From assembly GCF_009914755.1 (NCBI RefSeq), contig NC_060925.1: a stretch of DNA of 64,000 nucleotides; one strand, given 5' to 3'. This DNA comes from the human T2T-CHM13v2.0 reference genome, Homo sapiens. The position numbers were made by a program, and so were the translations under genes. Positions within the stretch are counted from its first letter, which is position 1. Each line of letters begins with the position of its first letter. The notes under the pieces were generated by a model that searched no databases, was not told where the DNA came from, and saw only the letters and a list, made by a program, of their open reading frames with translations. Below, piece after piece: positions 28,552-64,000 of the stretch.

Positions 28552-28577
28552 CAGTGCCAGGATCAGTAATTTATGAG

Positions 28578-28590
28578 AGTCACAGTGACC
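28578..28590 (-). promoter_or_regulatory. Imperfect estrogen response element GGTCActgTGACT
   Basis: One mismatch to GGTCAnnnTGACC, ~120 bp upstream of the TATA of an estrogen-induced gene. Confidence 0.8.
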
Positions 28591-29474
28591 CCAGAACGAC
28601 CTGGCCTCCCTCTCCAACAAAGCAACAGCACCAGGTTGGCACTGAATACCAGGAAGAGGGTCTTCCTGGTATTCAGTACCACAGGGACTGAATATGGGGG
28701 AGAAACCCCATATGGTAGCAGCAATTCTATTATTAAAAGATTATTGGCTGGGAAGCAGCGTAATTTTTAAAAAAAGTTTAAACCATAGCTTTGGATTTAG
28801 GCTTTGAATCCAAGGTTTGAATTCAAAGTTTGAATCTCAGTGTCACCACTTAGAAGTTTTGTAATCTTGCACAAATTACCTGCCTCTGTGAGGTCAGTTT
28901 CCATGCTTGTAAAATGGAGATGACAGCTCAGACTTACCTCATAGAGCTTTATAGAGATCAAAGAGATAATGGGTCAAAAATTGTTAGTTTCGTGCTCGCA
29001 TATAATAAGGGCTCAGTGAATGGTAGCTATTATTAGGGATGTCAAAAGGGTTGCCCAGCAGAGCAGAGTTCTCAAACTCAGATGACGCTTGCCAGGCAGG
29101 TAATGTAAATGGATGGTGTAGATGCAATAAAACAGCTATCTCTATTTTATTAGAAAAGTAACAGTTCATGCCCAATGATGTACATCAACTGACATGAAGC
29201 CTCTTGGTCAGGAGACAACAGAGATCAGTATAAAGAGGGACAGCACTCTGAGCAGCTGCTAATGGTTTCCCTGCAGGGAAACAGACCCAGTGTTGCTGGA
29301 TCCTTCAGTTTCTCAGGAGAAGGCAAAACCTGAATTTTTATGAGTCAACAATATTTGAGTCAGTATATGAGCCAATTGTGAGGATGTGTCATGAACCTCA
29401 AGAATATGATGGATACAATTCTGGACATCTAAGAGCCAGTTTTTTAAAAATGCAACAACAGGAGTATGAAAGAT

Positions 29475-29477
<3 letters not shown>

Positions 29478-29518
<41 letters not shown>
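29478..29518. repeat. (TA)n microsatellite
   Basis: About 20 TA units. Confidence 0.95.
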
Positions 29519-29520
<2 letters not shown>

Positions 29521-31866
29521 GTTTTTATTACCAGACTGCAAGCCAGATGCTTTTATGATTCATCAGTTTTCTTTCTCTGCTACAGAGGGTCTTGGACCTT
29601 ATGCCCACCTTCACAGAGACTGATGCTGCTCATCTAATCCACATGAACTACTCACGAGGTATTAACCAGATGTCAATATAATCCACGACACAGGGAAATA
29701 ATGACTAGTGGTCAAATTCATATAACATCTATCCTTCATTTCCAGTATGAAGAAACCAGGAGTCATTGTTTTAAATCAGCAGTTTGCTTGGATATGATGG
29801 AATAAAAGCAACAAATTGTATAGAATGTTTGGAGTATTTCACTGAAACTCTGGGAAAGCCTGATGGAATACCCCACCCAACCCAGACTATGTCTCCTTTT
29901 CTTCATCCATCTTTGCCTTTCTTTATGTATTCAACAAATTATCACTGAGCATGTGCCATGCCCTGCTCGGCACTTGAAACATTTTCTGCTTTCAAGGAGC
30001 TTATGATTTAGTGAACAGATTGATCGTATCCCTAGAGCTAGGGTATGTGTCTCTTTCTTGGAGAAGTAGCATGATGAGTGCAGTGAGGAAAACATGAGTT
30101 TTGTTGCCAAAATGATTTCAGATTCAATTCCCACTCTGTACCATCACTGAGGCAACTTGGGTCCCACTTGCATGCTCAATGCCACCATCCATTCCTTGGA
30201 CTAATATTAACCTGAATTAGGAGATAATTAGGCCTCCTGAGACCAACACTGGATCATGCTTGGCAACAACTTGTACCATTGGTTAGACTACCCCTGGTAC
30301 GTTTTCTGGCTACAACAACCATGCTCTTGTTCCCCCATTCCTAGCCCTTGTGCCCTCATTCTTGTAACTGGGTCTGGTCCCTGCTTTGACTTCTCTTCCT
30401 GTTCTACAAACTGCTGGCACCACAGTTGGGTCCTAGGGCCTGGGTCTTCTGACTCTGTCTTGCTAGGTTCCTCATATCCTACAGCCTAAAGGCCTCCTGT
30501 CTTTTAAGACCTCTTTGATGTGGAATGCCTACTTTCCTCCACTTCTGAGCCTCCTCCCACAGTATCCCCTGCCCCTCAAGATTTCACATCACTGAGATTG
30601 CCCACTAGGCTGTGACCTTCCACCGAAACTCCTAATAGGGGCACTAGCTGCTAATGCTGTACCTAACACAGAAGCCAAATTGGCCTGCCAATTTGAACTT
30701 AATTCATCTGCACTTGAGTCATCCTCTGGATTCCTATTCTGCTGCATTGAGCATGGCTAGATCTCAGACCTGACCCCTCTGTTCCTTGCAAAAATGACTG
30801 ATGATGCTCAGAATGCCAAGATATAACAATGGATGCCCAGGAATGACCTCTGCATAATGCAGGGATGACCGTGCCAAAGAGCTGGCAACTATGCCCCTAT
30901 ATGTTCAGAGATGATGAATAGTAAAATGCTGAATGGGGATTATGTTGAAAATCAGTGTGTCGTGTCGCTCTGTGTGTTCTCAATCCTTTTCCTTCAGTTC
31001 TTGCTGTCAAAAAAAAATTACAACCATTGCTTTTTATTTTTACCCAACCACCCAGATACTTACACAATATCCCTCCCTAGTGCTTAGCCTGTTCTCATGG
31101 AGTTAGAAATGACCATTTGCAAATGTCCTTTACTGAGTAACTGAAGAAATCCCTGCAGCAGTGTGACACCTCTCACATTTTACAACAATTATCAAGATGA
31201 AGGCAAGATCAAAGACGTGAAGTGCTTTCGTTTTAACAGAGCATTTGGCGAAATATTTCATGATACCCATGTGAATGAATTAGAGAAGTATGACTTAAAC
31301 AAAATCAGTTGGTTGAATAATTAAAAAAAAATCCAAAGAATATTGACTACAGATCACTGTAAACTTGAAGGGAAGACTCTTTTCTAGTCAGTTACCACAT
31401 CTTTAAAGTGAAGGGAGTGTTCCAATATTTGGTGTAAAAGATGATTTTTGGTTGTGCATGAGGGATTTTTAAAAATATTTAATGTGTTTATTTTAATGTA
31501 TAGTAGGAAAATGAATATTATCATATAATCCCATACTTTCATGGATCTTATTTAAGTTTAAAAATTGAGGAAATTCAAAAAAGAATATTTGTAATAAAAT
31601 AGTAAAGGTAGTGCTATTTGTTTAATGTCTTTACAGGTCATATAGCCAATATCGCAATCCTAAATATAAAATCTTGTAACCTAGCAATTTCACTTTTAGA
31701 AATGTATCATGCCCAAGTACGCAAAGAAACAATGTTCATTGCAGCTTTATTTGTAACAGCAAAATACTAAAAACAAAACAAAAATCCTAACTGATTAAAT
31801 GACATCATTAGGAAATGGCTAAAGGTGTTATTGCACATCCATGCAATGGCCTTTTTCCTTTTAAGC

Positions 31867-32545
31867 CAGTGATTCTCAACTGGGCACAATTTTGCCCGAT
31901 CTAGCAATGTCTGGAGACACTTTGGTTGTCACAACAGTGGAAGAAGGTATGCCACAGCACCTAATGGGTAGAAGCCAGGGATGCTGCTAACCCTCCTTTG
32001 ATGCACAAGACAGCCCTCCACAATGAAGTATATTCAGTGCAGAGGGTCCTTGACTTATGATGGGATTACATCTCGATAAACCCATTGTAAGTTGAAAATA
32101 TTAATGTTTATGAGAACCCATGGACACAGGGAGGGGAACATCACAAACTGGGGCCTGTCGGCGGGTTGGGGGCAAGGGGAGGGAGAGCATTAGGACAAAT
32201 ACCTAATGCATGTGGGGCTTAAAACCTAGATGACAGGTTGACAGGTGCAGCAAACCACCATGGCACATGTATATCTATGCATCATACCTGCATGTTCTGT
32301 ACATATATCCCAGAACTTAAAGTAAAATAAAAAATATTAATGTTTTCAACTAACCACTATTTTATCAGGATGTAACTCCATCATAAGTCGATGAACAAAC
32401 TGACAACACTTTTTTTGTTGTTGTTGTTTTGTTTTTTGTTTTTGTTTTTGCACTGTTGTAGAGTTGAAAAATCGTAGGTTGAACCATCAGAAGTCACGGA
32501 CCGCCTGTACTGATAATTTAATAGTGCCAAGGGTGAGAGACACTG
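31867..32545. mobile_element. Nested MER20 > Tigger5/MER47-like > L1PA 3' fragment
   Basis: MER20 ends at 31867 and 32545; Tigger-type TIRs ~32040 and 32507; L1 tail 32110-32330 with perfect 15-bp TSD aaaatattaatgttt. Confidence 0.8.
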
Positions 32546-33879
32546 GTTTAAGCAGAATTGCTTTTTTGTGGTCGTCAGTTCTTATTCTTTTCATTCCAAC
32601 AGAAGTTTGACAGTGTGCTACTACTTAAACCCTTATAACACTAGATTTAAAAATTAAACTGTTTCATCTATTACAAAGCAAGCTTTTTAGTGAAGGATTC
32701 ACGATTGATCCACCTTTGTTGCCCCAGATCCAGTGGTTAAATGGTCTGTCTTTGGAATGACCTGAGAAAAAGCATAGCCAAAAAGGTGGGCACACCCCGG
32801 CTTAGAAACAGGCAGATTTGGGTTACTAATTGAGAAACTTTGGACAACATATTTGAAAAGTAGCAATAATGACACTTTTCTTGAAAGGTTTAAAAAAATA
32901 GAGATTATAAATGTAAACTGTCTGATTCATGGTAGGCACTCATAGCAGTGACTGTTGTTATTGCTGCTAATGGTTATTATCTTTGGAGTGAGATCAATAC
33001 CTAACAACATTGAACTAATTGCTCAACAGGTTTAACTAATAGATCCTTAAGGTCCTTTCCTACTCTAACATTCTGTGGCATAGTCCTGAAAGCAATTCAT
33101 TCATTCATTCATTTTTCTAACTTATTCAACAAATACTTATTTTCTACTCTAATGGAGCAAGCAAAAACTAAAATCACAAAAATTTAAAATATAAGTATGT
33201 AACTTAGATGTTAGAGACTCTCTGCCCCTCAGTGGTCTGATTACACTCTGCCTATAATCCCAGCCCCACTCCCTGTGTCAGCCCGAAGTGTCCCCGATAA
33301 TCCAGCAAATTCTCAAGAATTCCTCCTTATGTTCTCTACTTCTGTGCTCCTGCATCCTTGGGTATAGACTGTTTTTCTGCAAAGCTTCCTGTTGCATGAC
33401 TTAACCTTTTTACTGGCCTCTATAAGAAATCCTTACACATCAAGTTCTTGGTAGTTTTTAGTAAAAACATAGGGGAGAGGGGTGCCTGTGAAGTGTCACA
33501 TCCCCTAATGCAAAGACTTCACCAACTCCTGGCTCCTCTCAGTTATCCCAGTGTTCTCTCCCATTCCAGAGTCCCTGAAAAACTCCTCCCTTGTTTGCTA
33601 CAGTTTAGTTCTAACCAGACCCAAAATGCTTGGGCTTTCACTATCTATACCCAAGGCAGATATTAGGGTACTTTCTCTAATAAATCCAAAGAGGAATTCC
33701 AATAGCAACTGTTACTATAGTTACTTTTTCCTATTTACTTATATTTTGTATAAGTATGATTAAGAAAACATGCAGGATGTACTGTTTGGGAAGAACATGG
33801 TTTAGAAACTTCTTTACCATGGAAGGTATCTGGGCAGGAAAGGGAAACAATCAAAAGGATATTCTAGGAAGATGCTTAT

Positions 33880-37355
<3,476 letters not shown>

Positions 37356-38197
37356 TAAATGTTAAGCAGGGAAAATTTATCACTTTGATGACTGGGATAT
37401 GAACCCTTGTTTTCTACGAATCTTTACTTTTGGCTAGCACCTAAACACTTAATTCCATCCTGTCTCTCTCTAGACTAAGTCGCTGAATACAGGAAAACTA
37501 TCTGTCTTGCTCACTACCAAACCATGAAATGCCTAACAGCTTCTGATACACCATAGCTTCTCACTACTGAGTATTTCTGTCTGGTTTCTGACCCATCTGG
37601 AATTCTCAAAAGGTAATCTAAGTCAGTGCTTCCCAAACTTTAATATGCATGAGTCACGTAGGAAGCTTTTGAAAATGTAAATTCTGACTCAGTAGATCTG
37701 GACATTCTGTATTTCAAGCAAGTTCCAAGATATGCAAATGCTGCCAGTTTATAGAACACATTTTGAGGAACAAGTTAACACCTTATAAAATTAAGCCAGA
37801 ACCCCCCTCTAAAAAAACCAAATATTGTATGCTCCCACTTACACGTATGTCTAGAATAGTCAAATTTATAGAAATGAAGATGAATGGTGATTGCCAGGGT
37901 CTTGAGGAAGGGGAGTTACTGTTTAATAAGTACAGTTTCAGTTTGGGATGATGAAAAAGTTTTGGAGATGGAAGTGGTGAAAGCTGCACAAAAATGCAAA
38001 TAAACTTAATGCCACTGAACTGTATACTTAAAAAGTTAAAATGACAAATTTTACATTAAAAAAAAAAGACTTTAAAAACTCAAACAAAGCCCAAGTTGAT
38101 CTTGCTTCAAGGAGTCCGCCACAACAGGTCCAGGGACGGTGGTGCACGCAGAGCCTGTCTTACCTGCCTCCAGGTGCCTAGATCAAAGGGTGCATTA

Positions 38198-38721
38198 ATG
38201 CTAACTCTGCCAAGCAAACTGCAGTTGGATAATGGTCTTAAAGGGTCTCATACATCAGTTCTACTCAGAGGATTTCTGAGACAAGCTGCAGAAACTACAG
38301 AACATGAAGCTAATTTAGGCTATATATAAAAAGTGCATTTTCTAATCTAAACAATTTTCATGACTTAGCTGACACTCCAGGTAAGAGTTACTACCAGAAT
38401 GGAAAATTAGTTTGCACCTGAAATTCCTAATGTTTACAACATGGTGCCTCCCAAAGTGAAATGCTTGACCGGAATCTGGTACCTCATGATCACAGGGACA
38501 GGTGAAATATAGCTATATCCACTGAAGGCACTTTCAACCAGTGACACTGGCTGGGCTTTCACCAGAATGTTAAAGGATGTTGTTTGGGAATTAAATTCCT
38601 TATTATATTTTGAACTTTGATGGTCCATCCATTACATATTGAAGCTGCAGAACATCATTTGTGAAACAAGGAGTTTCCACAGTAAGTAGAATGCTACTAT
38701 ATTAAATGTTGTACCAGATGA
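38198..38721 (+). pseudogene. Processed pseudogene of NEDD8 E2 enzyme UBE2F (probably UBE2FP3)
   Basis: Intronless, frameshifted remnants [63 protein letters not shown] match UBE2F as recalled; UTR-derived flanks likely but not delimited. Confidence 0.88.
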
Positions 38722-39877
38722 TAAAAGATTATGGGATCACTAATTGTGTCACAACTTGTTTTAAGTTGTCTCTACAACTTAAAACAAGAGCTAACCTTTC
38801 TTCTCAGATGCTCACAGCTCCCTCAGTTCCCTGGATTGCAGCAGTCCTGTGATCACTCAGTGAGACCAAAACTCCAGAAATGCCTATTTTTGATGGAGAA
38901 CTAAAAAAGAAAATGTGTTTGGGGTCCCAGGGTTGTCTGCTTACCTTGTTTACTCTTCCAAAACTGTATCATGTGAGCTGCTGATGAAGTTCTTGAGAAA
39001 TTTCAATTAACTCAAAATTGAGACTACAGCTTGCTTATCCTTTTTTGAAACAAAATCAATTTCACAACTGATTCTAATGTGTTCAGTGTGACCATTACTC
39101 ACGCTGTCCAAATGCAACGAGAATCTGCCTCTTAATAATCAGAGCTCTTTACTTTCAGGTCTAGATGTGGCAAGAAAATTTGGAGCCCTCTGAAGTCCAA
39201 TCTGATTTTTAAAATCTCCTGTCCTTTCTAACATGCTATCTGGAGGAAACATGGCTGGAGGCCCAGAGCAGTTAGAGCTTGGGTGTTTTTGCTGCTGTAA
39301 TATGATTGTGAACCAGTAAGTAAGATCCATATAGCTATTTATTAAAGAACCAGACTCCGACTGTCCTGTTGGGAAGGAGAGACACCTTGAAAATTAGCCC
39401 AATGTCTGATGCCACCTGAAATCATAGGCAAGGCTTCTTCAGTATTCCTTGTGGTTCTGAGCACCATCCAAGGGGTGAGCCTCATAGCCCTTGGTGGACC
39501 AGAGAACAGCTGTGGAAGAGTAGGTTTGATTAGTGGACTTCAGAGTAAGGATGTAGATAGGGAAATGGGTTTACTCTAATGTTTAGACATTTTAACCGAT
39601 GAAATTAAATGCAAAATATTTGTATATTTTTAAACAAATAGATTGATCTCATTTCAACTTGTCATCAGCTCTGCACTCACTCTACTAGAACTATCCTCAA
39701 GTGAAGGACGTAGCAAATCACTCCATATGTGACAGTACCATTTCTAATTATTCTGTGGTCATCTTTTATTTTAAACTATCTTCTTTGTTCACTGCAACAT
39801 ATACATTTATCCAAAATTGTGCTGGTTGCTCTTCCTACTGTATTTGATAAGGTTTATAAATATCTTGGTGGTGGTCA

Positions 39878-40300
<423 letters not shown>

Positions 40301-41913
40301 TTATCACACATTTCCACACATTTGCTTCCTTATCTCTTTCACTGAGTTTTTTCTCCATCATTCTTAAGTCCAGGAAGAAAAGGGCTATGCAAATTCCTAC
40401 TCACCTCAAGCTCCCCCACCCCTTACTTTCTCTAAGTGTCCACAAAATTAAAGTTTTATCTTCGAGAGGCAGAACTTAAGTGATTGTACCTACCCATTCT
40501 ATTTCCTCCCACATTATAAAAATGATGCAAGACTTTATTCCTACTCCACATCAACGCCAGAGGATCACACAACTACAAATTCCCATGTTTTACTCAAGGG
40601 TAATCATGTCAAGGGTGAAGCATGGAAGCTTTACTGAGAAATATTTTGCCCATATTCCTTCAGACTTTCCCAGTTTCATAATGTGATTTTTACCTAAATT
40701 GAACCTGCAAAGCTCAAAAGTACATAATTGATTATATTTACTTTCAATATAATCAGTAATTGATCCATGACTCCTAACTGGCAATATCCACTCCACCAAC
40801 CCAAGAATAAATATTTACCTTAAGTTCTAACTAGCTACTTTGGGAAGCTGGGGAAGCACAGGAAAAATAATGGGCTACAAGACCAACACCATGATGACTC
40901 ACATAAGTGAAATATATCTAACTACACATAACACACATGCTTCAAAAAAGACAGGCCAACAATGCCTAAACTCTTTATTTCACCAACCAGTATTTCTGAT
41001 TTTCTTCTTGATACTGGATTTTAAAACCTTAGAAGTCTATAAATACTGCATTCAGACTTTCCACATCAAGAGAAAGGGGACCAGGGCAGAAGATGTCAGG
41101 CCCCATGCTGTTTTGGGGTGGGAAAAGTGGCAAAGAATTCTCAACAGCCTGTGTCAGTTTTCTAACTTAATTGAAACACCTTTAAGCTCTCCTTCATCCC
41201 CAAACTTTCCCCTATGGTGTCTATGATAGAAAAACACTTCTCTCTCATATATGTCCCATCACTAGGGAGCCAGGGGGAAGGGAGTGGGCATTACACAGGC
41301 AAGCCAAACTTTTTATTCAGCCAGAAAATGGATTTCTGATTCAGTTTAATGGTAAGGAGTTGTGTAAAACCGTACCAAGTCCTGCTTCTTCCTCAGAGTG
41401 AGCTGGGCTGCATTTTTGTGACTGGAAGCATTTCTCATAATGGTGAATTAAGCACTATAAAAAAATAAAGTCAATCCCATCTCTATGAGTAGCATAAGAG
41501 CTGCTTCCAAGAACCCAGGGATGCCCACATCCCATAACCCACCCAGACACGGCCAATTCCTCATAGACAGCTACATAAAACCCTTTCGTCAACTTGTTTT
41601 GGGGGGTGAGAGAGAGGCAGTGCTTAGGGAAGATGTAGGATGGATTTTTTTTATTCCTGCCACTACCAAAAACTATAAATCTACACACACACTCACACGC
41701 ACATACATGTCCATTTTTAAGAAAGCTTTTCCTCCCTGTGACTACAGGAACCCAGAATCCAGCCTCCCTCAGGCTGAGAGACGATGCCTATTAACGGCAC
41801 AGATCTAGCATATCAACATACTATAGAAGGCTCCTGTGTTGTCTCACAAGCTGAGAGGGCAGGGCAAAGAAGTGGACACTCATGGGGGACTTGCTTTTTG
41901 TCTTAAATCCAAT

Positions 41914-61677
<19,764 letters not shown>

Positions 61678-61990
61678 ATGTATCTATCCCAATTGAGACA
61701 GCTAGAAACAGTTGACTGACTAAATGGAAACTAGTCTATTTGACAAAGTCTTTCTGTGTTGGTGTCTACTGAAGTTATAGTTTACCCTTCCTAAAAATGA
61801 AAAGTTTGTTTCATATAGTGAGAGAACGAAATCTCTATCGGCCAGTCAGATGTTTCTCATCCTTCTTGCTCTGCCTTTGAGTTGTTCCGTGATCACTTCT
61901 GAATAAGCAGTTTGCCTTTATAAAAACTTGCTGCCTGACTAAAGATTAACAGGTTATAGTTTAAATTTGTAATTAATTCTACCATCTTGC

Positions 61991-61996
61991 AATAAA
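61991..61996 (+). terminator. ATP5PB polyadenylation signal AATAAA
   Basis: ~314 nt after the stop, followed by a GT/T-rich stretch. Confidence 0.75.
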
Positions 61997-62263
61997 GTGA
62001 CAATTGAATGAAACAGGGTTTTTCAAGTTGTATAATTCTCTGAAATACTCAGCTTTTGTCATATGGGTAAAAATTAAAGATGTCATTGAACTACTGTCTT
62101 GTTTATGAGACCATTCAGTGGTGAACTGTTTCTGGCTGATAGGTTATGAGATATGTAAAGCTTTCTAGTACTCTTAAAATAACTAAATGGAGTATTATAT
62201 ATCAATTCATATCATTGACTTTATTATTTTAGTAGTATGCCTATAGAAAATATTATGGACTCA

Positions 62264-62600
<337 letters not shown>

Positions 62601-62619
62601 ATCCAGCAGACACCTATCA

Positions 62620-63130
62620 GGAACATAGAAAATAACAAGTGTTGGCAAGGAAGTGGAGAAGTTGGAACACTTGTGCACTGTTCGTAGAAATATGAAATGG
62701 TACAGCCATTATGGAAAAGTGTGGTGATTCCTCATAAAATTAAAATGGAAATACCATGATCCAGCAATCCCAGTCGACATATATACTCAAAAAAATTAAA
62801 AGCAGGGTCTTGAAGAGATACTTGTGTTCCATGGTGATAGCAGCCATTGTTCACAATAGCTAAAACATAGAAGCAGCCCAATCGGCCATCAGTAGATGAA
62901 TGGATAAGCAAAATGTAGTATATCCATGCAATGGAATATTATTCCACTTCAAGGAAGAAAATTCTGACACTGGCTACAGCATGAATGAACCTTGAGGACG
63001 TTATGCAGTTTTACAGGATGAGTTATGGAGCTGGATAGTGGTGATGGTGGCACATTAAGGATGTATTTAATACTGTTCTTAAATGGTACACTTAAAAATG
63101 GTAAATTTTATGTGTATTTTACAATCTTTT
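62620..63130 (+). mobile_element. Old L1M 3' fragment
   Basis: aataacaagtgttggcaagga.gtggaga..ttggaac; gatccagcaatccca; gatgaatggataagcaaaatg. Confidence 0.8.
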
Positions 63131-64000
63131 TTTAAATTGAAGAAAAATCCTGTAGATAAATTAGAAAATTCTTCCCTTCATAGGTTTATCTGCATTTGAT
63201 TCTCCCATACTTGTACAAGGATTTATTTGTATTCAAATGGACAAATTACGCAATAGGAAATATTTGAAAATATTTATCATGGGTAATTGCTATTTTCATT
63301 GACTTCCTAAGATTTTATGTAATAATCATTTGAGTCAATATTGGTAGCTAATGTACTAATCTAATATTGAAATCAGATTGATATCTTTGTTACTTAAAGA
63401 TAATTTGATTGGATCAGCAGTTATTTCAAATTGATTAAACAAAAAATTATAAAACACCTAGTTTGTGCTAAGCAACGTAATGCAGTGATCATACAGAGAT
63501 AAAAGTCCTTACCTCGGAGTTAAATATCTACTAGGAAGACAGCAAGAATATGTGATAATACAAACTTGAGCACAGGGTGCTCTGAGAGTGTGGCAAGCAC
63601 CATTTTAGGTAGTCTCACCAGCCTCTTGTTTCCCTCATATACATCATCCAGGTCAAGGTTCAGTCAGAGAAGCAGAATATATGTTTATATATAAGGAATT
63701 TGACTACGCTGTTGTGGGAGCTAAACAATCTGTAAAGCTGTTAGTGTTCTTTCTGATGCTGGAGCTTAGAGTCCACACGGCAGTCAGTTAAGGGAAGACG
63801 GGTGTAAAATGGGAGGCAGTTAAGAACAAGTGGAAGTAACAAGCACAGACAAACCCATGTCCGTTTTTATCATCTCTGGCCTTGATAGTGGTTGTCCTGT
63901 GTAACCCCATATCCAACACAAACATGTGGTTTAGAGAAACCTGGTTAGAGAAATGAGTGATCCAGGGAAGGGATGGGAAGTTGTCCAGCTGCAGCTTGTG

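Overview
Human (primate) genomic DNA, recognisable as the chr1p13 OVGP1-WDR77-ATP5PB locus. Three complete spliced genes were reconstructed by hand, with GT-AG boundaries and consistent phases. OVGP1 (oviductin; minus strand, 11 coding exons, 2037 nt, 678 aa) is an inactive GH18 chitinase-like domain with a mucin tail. WDR77/MEP50 is on the minus strand (10 exons, 1029 nt, 342 aa) and ATP5PB/ATP5F1 on the plus strand (7 exons, 771 nt, 256 aa). WDR77 and ATP5PB are head-to-head across a 372-bp CpG-rich bidirectional promoter with three TCTCGCGA(G/T)A elements and a YY1 site. Also present: a decayed UBE2F retrocopy, a Y1 RNA retrocopy with target-site duplication, an ERV-L remnant, and many Alu, L1 and DNA-transposon fossils, some nested. 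The most unusual unexplained structures are apparent template-switch scars: a ~400-bp inverted duplication flanked by a ~130-bp direct repeat at 1.5-3.5 kb, and two micro-scale versions in WDR77 and ATP5PB introns. I found no evidence of a new gene system. Repeat subfamily names are from memory of consensus sequences and repeat boundaries are approximate.
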